This document shows, one piece after another, positions 47,901 to 57,311 of a stretch of DNA of 64,000 bases. The DNA comes from a virus. The stretch covers positions 17,818 to 81,817 of IMG/VR virus record IMGVR_UViG_3300043436_001797. One strand, written 5' to 3'. Made by a program: the position numbers and the translations under genes. Each line of letters opens with the position of its first letter. Position 1 is the stretch's first letter. A model generated the notes under the pieces. It was given only the letters and a program-made list of their open reading frames with translations. It ran no database searches and was not told where the DNA came from.

Positions 47901-48313
47901 TAGCTCAAACAGACTTTGATGCTAAAGCGCTTTATGAGCAAAACAGAATCCAAGCTCAGAATAAGAAGAGAGCGGATCTTGCTAGACTTGTAAACACCGC
48001 GATTACCAATAGAGCTACTGCAGAAACTCTTAGCGATGCATACTCTGCATACTTCCATATAGATCCTACTCGTGGTGGACACGTTGAATTCTTCAAAGGG
48101 GCTGATCAGATTGTACCTAATGAAAATGCAGATATGGGTGATCTTGCAATACTTGATAAGCAGCTTACAGATCTTGGTTACAGCAATGAGGACAAGAAAG
48201 AAATTCTTAAATCTGCACTAGCTAGTAAGTATGCTACAAAGAGTACTAGGAATTCGTATCTGCCTGATTATTCGCAACTTATGTATCCGTTTAACATGCA
48301 GCAGGGTTCTTAA
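44903..48313 (+). CDS. Putative virion cargo/ejection protein (1136 aa)
   Basis: NIEAEKDE...GGQPHSKGGTP...FVFS motif seen in crAss-type cargo proteins; Gly/Ser and Pro/Ala low-complexity tracts; PG-binding-like V..FQ...DG.FG..T; N/Q/A-rich helical C-terminus. Confidence 0.65.
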   Translation: MKVRITKAPKLRKYQTDVTPGQVMPAATPSDYNNYRDASWFQPWEGVDMSQFPNGIDPMGGEFTTGKQRSLYYTIRDGKQELYPPHQKVAHAMDHRGISGIRFYQRPGDDGAGSNGGDAGYGDDAEMGDSYMADPYAEKNAYRAKMRDEYNQLSTEPQEGFETWLHNKGDYLNYSGLSGDSNQTSLEQKDQGLTDYRTGMPDFKSGNGSGAGSGFGNSGGTGSTGGAGSGPAGPTGTGSSSGGGGDSGSVNTIGGGGGGGDLKSAGMPQDQGFHGVVKEKGRSKLGKFIRGLGPQKGMDAYINRQNAKDFVTGFAEYKGKVDMDKEAVKGFHMSQPIAASTQGTFDPNSMNNFTPGMLNTVPSTGDFAMAPNMPMGAYGGQFMAYGGRVFNQVAPNALPDRTSEPRIAVSNTLQPVPRELANIEAEKDETIYFLNNGGLPAHYKIGGQPHSKGGTPLNVPEDSFVFSKALKIKDKRLFPYFDVTKPTSFSDIAKKYDINKFRKILADPDTDKLQRETAEKMIANYNLKLGMLALAQESTKGFPQGLPMIAAPFTAVNAIDPEMILPTPPQSAEMPEEQFMEQEMPAYKFGGAMRVRIKSLPRYQSDLAGASVADDMMSDAGLSDQTYVQTPPANIPPPPPVAVVTPATPAAPPAAATAATPPPTIVVNGVTIDTKTNKPVAKSAPAASGKKAAKSAAGTFNFDVDVMEGNPDFWQGYNDLVAAGTIKPELAIGFEDASVRQRESKQGRRPGTANIYGDRDIHKGSLYEDFKKRQAWYFQNKKNWDPENKADVEDFQREYCKKAAEYGMKGCYFNTKDVKDSKGRIIQGTTFDGLFGEHTFNAPGFNKAEAKPEPQPQPQPEPEKKPEPIKVNPLDIPEDYSRRSGYFPQDLINLSAALAQRITVPDTWYAPLQFKGVDPAYLVPDYSPIMEAANISTQGVNAYGSRQSADASLALIQGKSARPAAEHNLAVANANAGIYNNAQQINAQIANQNAMYNNQLAQTDFDAKALYEQNRIQAQNKKRADLARLVNTAITNRATAETLSDAYSAYFHIDPTRGGHVEFFKGADQIVPNENADMGDLAILDKQLTDLGYSNEDKKEILKSALASKYATKSTRNSYLPDYSQLMYPFNMQQGS

Positions 48314-48357
48314 ACTTTAAAAGTTTTTTAAACTTACTAGATTTTTATTGTATATTT
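48312..48357 (+). promoter_or_regulatory. Inverted repeat and candidate promoter before the ejection/RNAP genes
   Basis: AAACTTT-A-AAAGTTT (48312-48326) and TTGTATATTT (48348-48357) at the gene junction. Confidence 0.4.
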
Positions 48358-48366
48358 ATATTAATT

Positions 48367-51300
48367 ATGAGCCAGTATATACAAGGTGTTGTTGATTATA
48401 TTCCGATGATTCAACCGTTTCAGCCGGACTTTAATCTTTTTCAGAATGTTCTACAAACTAAAGATGCTCAATACAAAGCTGGTTATAATAAACTGAGTGC
48501 TTTATACGGTACTTTGCTAAACTCTCCCATGTCTAGGGAGGATAATATTGAGCTAAGGAATAAGTTTTTTAATGATATCTCAGCTCAGATTCAAAAGATA
48601 TCATCGTTAGATCTTTCTAAATCACAGAACGTTGAAGCAGCTTATAAAGTATTTCAACCTTTGATTGATAATGACTATATCCTAAAGGATATGAGTTATA
48701 CCAAAACTGCATACAATCAAATGCAGTACGGTGAATCTCTTAAAAACTGTACGGATCCTAAGAAATGTCCTGGTCAATACTGGGATGGTGGTATTAAACT
48801 GATACAGTATGGTATAGAGAACTTTAAAAACGCTCCTAGAGAAAAGACTTTGAATATGCGAAACCCGCGTTTCGTACCCAAAGTAAACTTAACCAAGCAA
48901 GCTTTAGACTACGCTAAGGAGATGAATTTTAAAATTACGCTCCCCAAACATAGTCCTGACGGTAGATATATAATTCACACAACCAATGGTCCTAATATGA
49001 TCCCTGGTTTGAGTGAAACATTTATGTCAGTATTTGGTAACGATCCTGCAGCTGCTGATTATTATTCAGCACTAAGCGAGTTGAATAGAAATGAATTCAT
49101 TAATGATGAAGCAAATATTCAAGAGTATGGATCTAAGGACGCTGCAGAAATGTACTACCTTGATGATGCACATAGGAAGATAGTTGAGATGACCCGATCT
49201 CAGTTAGCGGAAGCTAGAAAACAAGAAGCGCTAGCATCTGGTAGAAAAGCTGTTACAGATAATATTATTATCAATAAGGGTGTAGATCCAAACGATCCTG
49301 AGGACCGAGATGTAATTAAAGATAGATACCAGAGTATGGTTGACAAGATGATCTCTGGTTCAAATGCTGAGGTTCATGAGACTGATTTAAACAACATTAC
49401 CGGTGACGGTTATGAAACACTTGATATAGACTCTAAGCGCTACAGAATAGATAACGTTGCTGCAAGAGGTTTGATGCAAAATGATTTGTATCAAGCTGCG
49501 TCTGCGTATGCTATGCAGACAATGGACGTTAAGACAGAAGTAGATCAATATGCTTTAAAACAATTTGATCATTCTTTGAGTGTAGCTCGTATGGGACTGG
49601 AGCATGAGTATGCTAAAAAGTTAGATGACTATAAAACAGAAAATCAAAAAGAATTATTAGCTGTACAGTTTTTAAAAGAGCTTTTTCCTAATAACAAAAA
49701 GAACGGAGCTTTACCAGACGGTTCTAATCCTTTTAATCCGGGATATAGAACCGCAGGTTCCTCACCAGGTGGTAGTCTTGAAAATCCTGATGTAAAAGGT
49801 TCTGATGAAAAACAAATTGTTTCAGCTACTGAAAAAGCAAAAGCAGCAGCGGAACAAGTTATTGTAAAAGGATACGAAGAGCTAACTGCCATTATAAATA
49901 CAGATCTTGGTAAAAAAACTCCAGGTGGTCTTGTAATGACTCAAGGCGTTAAAAATTATTACATTGCAAAAAGAGATGAGATTTTTGGTAAATCTGTAAC
50001 AACTACTGGTACTTATGATAAAAATGATTTCCCGTCTATGACAGATACTGCAAGAGCAGTTGGAAAAGAACCTAGTCTTTTAGATAGAGGTTATTCTTAT
50101 GTAAGTGACTTGTGGAATGACTTTACTAGTTTATTTAGCAATAATGAGAAAGCGTATACAAAAACTTCCGGTGGTTATTTAAATGATAATAATCAATTAG
50201 AGCAAGACTTTGTAGGACGTTCTGAATACAGCGATCCTACATCTCCACACTATTGGCAGAACACTGCAGATAGAGTAATTAACTTTTTTAGCAATGACGT
50301 AACGGGAAAATATGCTATCAACAGAAATGTAGAACCTGGTAAAGAAGCAGGAGTATTAGCAGCAGAAGGTCAATATAACTTATCAAAACTTAACTATGAC
50401 AATTTTATAAAAGCTCAAGCAAATAACAATGCTATTGTTCATAATCTAGTTATGAATACAGCTGCTAAAGACGCTGTGTTTGGTGAAATGAGTTCTTACA
50501 ATGCTCCTACATCAGGTTCAGATTCTGGTTTGTGGGCACGTTTTGCTGGTGTTGATGCACCAGCTGCAATTAAAAATCATACAGAACAATCTCTTTCTAG
50601 GATGCACATAAATGGTCGCATAATGACTCTTCCTGAATTTAAACAAGTTTATGCAAATAGTCCGGAAGCTAAAAGAGTAGCGGAGAGAGTTATGCAAACA
50701 TACTATCAAACACGACCTGGTGACGAAGGTTCTTTTGGTAGATATAGTTATCAGGGTGGAGTTGAAAGATTGTTAGAGACAATGGAGGATGACGCAGAAG
50801 ATATCTATAAAGAATACATGGATCAGTTTAATATGATCTACAATCAGTCAAATGCTGCTGTTAATAAAGAAGCTGATAAAGCAGGGTTCAAACCTCTTTC
50901 TCAATTCTATCAAGTAAACGATGCTGGTGCTGGTGTTCAATCAGATCCTTTTGTTGCTACTGTTGATACTGCTTATCCTGGTGATATGCAAGCAGTTGAC
51001 TTTTTTGAGTTTAGTAACCTTATACAATCTACTATGGGTAAAGAAACCGATGGTATTAAAGTATATAAAGGACTAGGTGGAGATCTTACTGAAACAAGAT
51101 ATTTTACAGATGACCCTGATCCGGTTGATAACAAAGAAGGAGCGTTTACTGCTATTCAAGCACTTAGAATGCAATTACTTCAGGGTAAAGACGTAGATGA
51201 TAAAACTAGGGGAATGTTTGATTTTATTTTTCACCCTATTATTATGAATGACCAAAATAAAATGGCTTTTTCTATTTCTGTTAGTCCTGAGTTTACAGAT

Positions 51301-51747
51301 GCTCATCTAGGTAGCGGAAAAACTGCTAAGTTTATGGGAAAAACAGATAGAGAATTTACTATTGTTTTTGATACCAATAAAGTTCCAGATGTTAAAAAGT
51401 TAGAAATGGTCAAAAGATTAGAGCAAGGACCATATACGATAGCAATGAGAGCTGACAACGAAATAAATCTCAATGATTTTCCTAAAGGTGGTAGCCTTAC
51501 TATAAAACCAACAGCAGATGGTTCTTATGTAGCTAGTGGTTTTCTAAATTATATAGATGATGAGACTTTTCAAGAAAGTAAATATCCTTATGTAGATTTC
51601 ATGGGTCCTGATCAAAGTCTAGAAAACTTTGCTCAGCAAAAAAATAGCATGCTAGCAATTACACAAATGCAGATGGCAAATGCTCAAGAACAGCTTAAAG
51701 CTTTAAATCCGAACTTAATTCGTAATCCAGATGCTCTTAATAACTAA
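48367..51747 (+). CDS. Putative virion cargo/ejection protein (1126 aa)
   Basis: Large helical protein in the cargo cluster upstream of the RNAP; no catalytic motif recognised. Confidence 0.6.
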   Translation: MSQYIQGVVDYIPMIQPFQPDFNLFQNVLQTKDAQYKAGYNKLSALYGTLLNSPMSREDNIELRNKFFNDISAQIQKISSLDLSKSQNVEAAYKVFQPLIDNDYILKDMSYTKTAYNQMQYGESLKNCTDPKKCPGQYWDGGIKLIQYGIENFKNAPREKTLNMRNPRFVPKVNLTKQALDYAKEMNFKITLPKHSPDGRYIIHTTNGPNMIPGLSETFMSVFGNDPAAADYYSALSELNRNEFINDEANIQEYGSKDAAEMYYLDDAHRKIVEMTRSQLAEARKQEALASGRKAVTDNIIINKGVDPNDPEDRDVIKDRYQSMVDKMISGSNAEVHETDLNNITGDGYETLDIDSKRYRIDNVAARGLMQNDLYQAASAYAMQTMDVKTEVDQYALKQFDHSLSVARMGLEHEYAKKLDDYKTENQKELLAVQFLKELFPNNKKNGALPDGSNPFNPGYRTAGSSPGGSLENPDVKGSDEKQIVSATEKAKAAAEQVIVKGYEELTAIINTDLGKKTPGGLVMTQGVKNYYIAKRDEIFGKSVTTTGTYDKNDFPSMTDTARAVGKEPSLLDRGYSYVSDLWNDFTSLFSNNEKAYTKTSGGYLNDNNQLEQDFVGRSEYSDPTSPHYWQNTADRVINFFSNDVTGKYAINRNVEPGKEAGVLAAEGQYNLSKLNYDNFIKAQANNNAIVHNLVMNTAAKDAVFGEMSSYNAPTSGSDSGLWARFAGVDAPAAIKNHTEQSLSRMHINGRIMTLPEFKQVYANSPEAKRVAERVMQTYYQTRPGDEGSFGRYSYQGGVERLLETMEDDAEDIYKEYMDQFNMIYNQSNAAVNKEADKAGFKPLSQFYQVNDAGAGVQSDPFVATVDTAYPGDMQAVDFFEFSNLIQSTMGKETDGIKVYKGLGGDLTETRYFTDDPDPVDNKEGAFTAIQALRMQLLQGKDVDDKTRGMFDFIFHPIIMNDQNKMAFSISVSPEFTDAHLGSGKTAKFMGKTDREFTIVFDTNKVPDVKKLEMVKRLEQGPYTIAMRADNEINLNDFPKGGSLTIKPTADGSYVASGFLNYIDDETFQESKYPYVDFMGPDQSLENFAQQKNSMLAITQMQMANAQEQLKALNPNLIRNPDALNN

Positions 51748-51752
51748 AAGTT

Positions 51753-54700
51753 ATGGCGGAACCCTTACCAAGACCTACAATACCGTTTACAAAAGAGTTT
51801 TCTCCATATGAGAATGCTAGTAAACCTGTAATATCTTCAGAAGATATACGCTCTAAGCTGCATCAGATCAACGATTACTTTGATAAAAACTTACCTTCTG
51901 TAATAGAGGGTATTAATAAATATGAAGAAGATCTTTTAGATAAAGCTATTCTTGCTAAGAAACCTTCTAGTTTTGATCAATACGCTAAGTTACCTGAAAT
52001 TCAAAATGAGTCATCTGGTAATATTCTTACCGGACCCAGATCAGCAAAAGGTTTTTTAGACTTACCTACTTTTGATAAGATTAATCAGTTTGCTTCTCAA
52101 TCAAGATTTGAAGCTGAAACATCAAGGGATCCTTTTAAGTTTGCTAAACCCACATCTTTTAATGCTAGTATCTACGGTCACAACTATGACCGCTACTATA
52201 GTCATCCTAAATTTAAACAATTAGGTTTTGACTTTCGTAGAGATAATGAATCTATATATAACGCCTCTTCTACATGGTTTGATGATTTTAGAAGAATGTC
52301 TTCCAAGTTTGTTTCAAATTTTTATTTAGCGGGACACGATCAAGCTGGTAACTGGGGGAACTGGTTTTCATTAGGTAGTCCAAACAGTTCAGCGTTAATG
52401 GAGCACAATATAGCATCAGGTTCAACTAGCAAAGAAGGTGCAGGTGCTTGGGTAACAAATTTTACTGGCAATCTTGCTTATACTATAGGTACTATAGGTG
52501 AGATTTGGTTAGAAAACGCAGTAGCTTACGCAGCAGCGGGTATTACAAGAAACCCTACATTGATAGCAGCTGCAGGAACAAAAACTGCTTTAGGTTTAGG
52601 TAAGCTAGCTAAGTCAATGAGTGTGATGGCTAAAACACTAAACAATGTAAATAAAGCTAGACAGTTTAGAACAGCTGCATGGGGTGGTGTTAAAGGTGCT
52701 GCTCAAACTCTAAACCCATTTAGAGAACTTACCGAGTTAGGTATTAAAGCAGCAAACCCTAACAGTGCTTTTAATAGACTTAATGGTATGGCGAAAGCAT
52801 CAAAAAGTTTTGGTGCTTTCTATAGAGGTTTGCGTGAGATAAATGCTGTAACAGCTGAATCTAGATTAGAAGCTGCTTTTGTTCAGAATAAGGTAGCTAA
52901 CCAAGCTATAAGCGGTTATTACAAAAAGAACGGTAAACTTCCCGAAGGTGCTGCAGCAAATGATATTACAGAAAGATCTAAGCTAGCGGGTGAGAAAACT
53001 TTTATAGCTAACGTTCCTGTCATCTATGCTAGTAACCAATTAACTTTAGGTACCTCCCTTAGAGGTTTTAGACCTGCGTCTAGACTGATTTCAGCTAGTA
53101 ATTTAAAAGGTACTTTCTTTAAAACAGTAAGGAACTTTGACTGGAAGAAAACAGGAAAGTCACCTATGGAAGTAGTAGCCAACACGGGTGCTATTGCAAA
53201 TACTTTTAAGTTTTTAGGTAACACTGTAAAGAAAGATTTCTGGAAAACAGTACCATCTAGGTTAAAAGGAACCTGGGCAGCTAAACCTTTTAGTCAAGCG
53301 TTAGGTAGCGGTATTAGATTCTTTAGTCAAAATCTTGCAGAAGGTTTACAAGAATCATATCAAGAAGCTGTACAGTCTGCGGTAAGTGATTACTACTTAA
53401 CTAATTACTTTGCAGACCTTTACAAAGATCCTATTCTATCAGCTCAAAATAGTTGGGCTGCATCTATTCATAAAGGAGTAGGTGAGCAAATGACCGCTCA
53501 AGGTTTAGATACTTTTCTTCAAGGATTTTTAACAGGCGGTGTTATAGGTCCTGTACAGACTAACATAGCAAAATGGTTCCAGTCTGTAAACTTAAGAATG
53601 AAAGATTATAAAAATCCTGGTGAGAGAGAGAAGTTTATAAATGATGAGAAAAAACGACTTCAGCAATATGCTGATGCTGTAAACTCATACACTCAAGATC
53701 CAATTCTATGGTCTAGATGGTTAAGTGAAAATGCTATACAGCAAAGAGACTTATCTGAAAAAATAAACTTAGCAGAAGAAATAGGAAACAGAGCTGACGC
53801 TGAAACCGCTAAGGATGATTCTTTGTTTATGCACGTTGATACATTACTCAGAGCTGGTAAGTTTGATGACTTTATAGATCATATGGAAGGTCTTACCGAT
53901 CTTACCGATGAGGAACTTAAGGACGCTTTTGAAAACTATAATCTAGAAAGCACTGATCAAAACGAAAAGTCTTATAGAGAAAGATTAAATATTGCCATTG
54001 ATAAAGCAAAAGAGATAAAGGCTAGAATAGATGAAACAAATAAGATTGAGAATATTTTCAATCCTGATTTGTTTGATCCTGCAGTAGATCCGGAAGCGTA
54101 TCTAATGGAGTACATGGCGTATGATACTTTTGAGATAGCTAAACGTGCTATAGCATTTAATGAATACACTTACAAGCGTACCGCTGAAAGAATAGAAAGT
54201 GTATTAAATAAGTCAGTTACTTCTGGACCATTGGGTTCTGCGCTAGCTTCTGACTTCGCAGTATTATTTTCTCCTATAGGATTAAGCGCTGAGACTTCAA
54301 AGGGTAAACTCTATCAGTTTGAGCAATTGCTACAAACTGAAATAAAATCTCTAAAAGCAGGTACACCTCAAGAGAAAAAGCTAGCTGAGTATAAAACACA
54401 ACAGCTTGAAAAACTTAGAACATTAAAAGCTTTTATAGTAAACTACAGAAAGAGTCGCATACTTGTAAATAAAGCTAAAGCAGCTGCACAAGATTACGCA
54501 TCCGCTCCTAAAGAAAGTCAAGAAGCATACGATTCTTTAAAAAAGATGGCTAATGCTCTTAGTAAGAATTCTAAGTCTGGAACGATTGACGCTAATCTAG
54601 ATGATCCCAACACAGCTATTGATGTTATTGTAGATGCATTTATAAAAAATGAGTTATATGATGCCTATAATGACTATGTAAAAGTCATTGCAAAATCTAA

Positions 54701-57311
54701 TAATGCTACCCAGATAAAGAGTACAGTAGATAAATCATTTAATGAGTTCCTTGATTACTTGCAACTTACTAGTGATCACCAACTTATGGGTGAGTTTATG
54801 ACTGTGTTAGCTGATCCGATGTCTGTGTATTCTATGGCATCTAGATTGTTTAATGCTCAAAAACTTATATCTGAAAGATCAGGTGAACTTCATAAGATGG
54901 GTCTTGAGGAATACATCTCAAAGATTGCTGCTCCTGATGCTTTGATGCAAGGTCTGTTTGATATTGGAGTATACTTTGATCCTGACTTTATAGATGATTT
55001 CTTAAGTAAGAATGAGATTCCACCATACTTTATAAGTGCAGCGGACGGGTCTATTATAGAAATGACTGACCCTAAGTACAATGAGATTGTAGACCTTATT
55101 CAGAAGTATGCTGTACAAACAGGTAAGCAGTTCTCTGGTATGCCTGAGAAGTATGTTCCACCTGTAGCTAAAGAGACAGAAACAGCACCGGTATCTAACG
55201 TTCCGCCGGAAGATGATGAGAAAGAAACTGATGAAGAAGCTTCAGTAACAGACGCATTAAAAGACTTAGCTCCTGAGTTAAGAGTACTATTGATAACTGC
55301 AGCTAAAGCTAAAGGTATGGATGCAGAAGAGTTTCTTCTAAATGATCCTGAAGCAGCTTTAATTATTGATAACTACAATAAGACTAAGTCTAGTTCTGTG
55401 GATATATCTTCTGTAACCGGAACTGTTACTGTTGAAAACCCGATGTCTATCACACCTCAGATGATGCCGGGTATAGAGAATATACTACAAGCAAGTGCTG
55501 CAGAAGAATGGGTTGTAGACGAGTCGGATAAGAGATACTATATAAGCAAAGACGGTACTAAGAGAGTACGCAGAGCTACATCACTGATAGACAAAGAGTT
55601 TACAGAGTCTGCAAGATTAACAGCGTATCAGAACAGAGGTAATGCTTTGGACGAACTGTTACGTTTGTTCTTTGAGCCTAAAGTAAAAGATGGTGTAATA
55701 ACAGAGCTTGCCTTTAGAGATGTTATGATTAACATGTTTCAAGGTAAGAAAGCTGGTATATATACTGAAGCTGCTATTAAGAACACTATTAAAAAATGGG
55801 TTAAGGAAAATCTTAGCGAACAGAAGATGTTTGATGAGTTTGGTCTTAAACCTACAGAAGGTTTCTATACCGGTGTTGTAAATACTTTGTATGAAATGTC
55901 TTACAAGCTTGCAGATTTCAAGATTGTATCATCGTTGCCAACAATGTTTGGTATGTCTTCTACAGGTGAACTCGTAGGTGGTACTCTTGACCTTTTAGCT
56001 GAGTACAAAGATGGTACTCTGCACATTATAGATATAAAAACATACGCTAACGACAGGTTAGCTGATGAAACTAGAAACTCCGATATGGTTCAGCAGAACG
56101 TCTATAGAGAAATCATAGAGGGTAACACTGATAGAAAGATCTCTACTATGAACACGATTCAGATTAGAATTAACTTACAATCTGATGATCAGACGGTTAC
56201 ATCTGCAGAGCTTAGAAAAAATAAAAAGAACGGTATACTTCACGACGTTAAAAAAGGAGAAGTCAAAGCTATACTTGAAAGAATAGAATCAGGTAAACCT
56301 GCTGAGACTGGAGAAGGTAAAAGTGCTCCTGAAGAGAAAGACATCAAGATGTTTGTACCTGGTAGGTTTGCGGGTAAACTTGTTTACATGACACCCGGTG
56401 CAGGTAAAACAACAGCTGTACAGAAAGCCATGAAAAAAGGTTTGAAGCTTGCTGATATGGATGACCTATTGGTAGAAGCTGTAAAAGCATCTGGTGTATC
56501 ACTCAAGTCTTTAGGGTTTGATGAAGTAAATAACTCTAACGTAGGTAAAGTTATCTACGAAATGTATAATAAAGGAATGTCTCAAGAAGCTGATGGTGTC
56601 TATGATGCTGCATTTGCAAAGACTCAGGATCTTCTTAAGTCAGGATACACAGTACTTACTGGTAGTCAACGCTTTATAAATAAAGCTGATGTTGTAGTTA
56701 GAACTGAAGATAAAGGGAGACTTGCCGCTCAAATTGCTGCAAAATCTGGTGAAACAGGTAGAGATGCAATTACAAAGATTCTTTCTGAGGAAGAAAGAGC
56801 GTTTGAAAAAACTCCTGAAAAAGTAGAAGTTCTTGGGGAGACTCAGACTGCTGCTGATTTACTTTTGTCTGAAGTAGAAAAACAGGGAGAAGCACCTTTC
56901 TCTGAGACTGCTGAGGTTACAAAAATGAAAGAAGCTAAATCTAAAATGGAACTTGATGCTACTCTTCAGTCTTATATGCTCAGAAAAGAACGTTACGCAT
57001 ATACTGGAAAAGACGGTGCCCGTAGAATTTACACACCGATGGAGATAGCAGCAATTGCAAAAGAACGCGCAAGTACATTAAAGTTAGGCTCAGATTTCTT
57101 AGATTATATAGACGACATTCTAGATTTGAAAAAAGGTCCTATATCTAAAGCTGAAGAGACTGCGATTAAAGAAAACATCGACTCAGCTGCAGAAGACACT
57201 CTAGACTCTAGTAAAGTTGACGATATAGCCAACGATGTTGCTAAAGGCAACAGTGACATAACTGATGATGATATTGACGGTTTAAATAATTGTGAAACTC
57301 CAGGGACATGA
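51753..57311 (+). CDS. Large ejection-type protein with PD-(D/E)xK nuclease-like and P-loop domains
   Basis: Hydrophobic Ala/Gly segments and EGLQESYQE in the N-terminal half. RGN...GGTLDLL...IIDIKT...QQNVY (RecB/Cas4-type nuclease pattern). MTPGAGKTT Walker A followed by DMDD. Confidence 0.7.
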   Translation: MAEPLPRPTIPFTKEFSPYENASKPVISSEDIRSKLHQINDYFDKNLPSVIEGINKYEEDLLDKAILAKKPSSFDQYAKLPEIQNESSGNILTGPRSAKGFLDLPTFDKINQFASQSRFEAETSRDPFKFAKPTSFNASIYGHNYDRYYSHPKFKQLGFDFRRDNESIYNASSTWFDDFRRMSSKFVSNFYLAGHDQAGNWGNWFSLGSPNSSALMEHNIASGSTSKEGAGAWVTNFTGNLAYTIGTIGEIWLENAVAYAAAGITRNPTLIAAAGTKTALGLGKLAKSMSVMAKTLNNVNKARQFRTAAWGGVKGAAQTLNPFRELTELGIKAANPNSAFNRLNGMAKASKSFGAFYRGLREINAVTAESRLEAAFVQNKVANQAISGYYKKNGKLPEGAAANDITERSKLAGEKTFIANVPVIYASNQLTLGTSLRGFRPASRLISASNLKGTFFKTVRNFDWKKTGKSPMEVVANTGAIANTFKFLGNTVKKDFWKTVPSRLKGTWAAKPFSQALGSGIRFFSQNLAEGLQESYQEAVQSAVSDYYLTNYFADLYKDPILSAQNSWAASIHKGVGEQMTAQGLDTFLQGFLTGGVIGPVQTNIAKWFQSVNLRMKDYKNPGEREKFINDEKKRLQQYADAVNSYTQDPILWSRWLSENAIQQRDLSEKINLAEEIGNRADAETAKDDSLFMHVDTLLRAGKFDDFIDHMEGLTDLTDEELKDAFENYNLESTDQNEKSYRERLNIAIDKAKEIKARIDETNKIENIFNPDLFDPAVDPEAYLMEYMAYDTFEIAKRAIAFNEYTYKRTAERIESVLNKSVTSGPLGSALASDFAVLFSPIGLSAETSKGKLYQFEQLLQTEIKSLKAGTPQEKKLAEYKTQQLEKLRTLKAFIVNYRKSRILVNKAKAAAQDYASAPKESQEAYDSLKKMANALSKNSKSGTIDANLDDPNTAIDVIVDAFIKNELYDAYNDYVKVIAKSNNATQIKSTVDKSFNEFLDYLQLTSDHQLMGEFMTVLADPMSVYSMASRLFNAQKLISERSGELHKMGLEEYISKIAAPDALMQGLFDIGVYFDPDFIDDFLSKNEIPPYFISAADGSIIEMTDPKYNEIVDLIQKYAVQTGKQFSGMPEKYVPPVAKETETAPVSNVPPEDDEKETDEEASVTDALKDLAPELRVLLITAAKAKGMDAEEFLLNDPEAALIIDNYNKTKSSSVDISSVTGTVTVENPMSITPQMMPGIENILQASAAEEWVVDESDKRYYISKDGTKRVRRATSLIDKEFTESARLTAYQNRGNALDELLRLFFEPKVKDGVITELAFRDVMINMFQGKKAGIYTEAAIKNTIKKWVKENLSEQKMFDEFGLKPTEGFYTGVVNTLYEMSYKLADFKIVSSLPTMFGMSSTGELVGGTLDLLAEYKDGTLHIIDIKTYANDRLADETRNSDMVQQNVYREIIEGNTDRKISTMNTIQIRINLQSDDQTVTSAELRKNKKNGILHDVKKGEVKAILERIESGKPAETGEGKSAPEEKDIKMFVPGRFAGKLVYMTPGAGKTTAVQKAMKKGLKLADMDDLLVEAVKASGVSLKSLGFDEVNNSNVGKVIYEMYNKGMSQEADGVYDAAFAKTQDLLKSGYTVLTGSQRFINKADVVVRTEDKGRLAAQIAAKSGETGRDAITKILSEEERAFEKTPEKVEVLGETQTAADLLLSEVEKQGEAPFSETAEVTKMKEAKSKMELDATLQSYMLRKERYAYTGKDGARRIYTPMEIAAIAKERASTLKLGSDFLDYIDDILDLKKGPISKAEETAIKENIDSAAEDTLDSSKVDDIANDVAKGNSDITDDDIDGLNNCETPGT

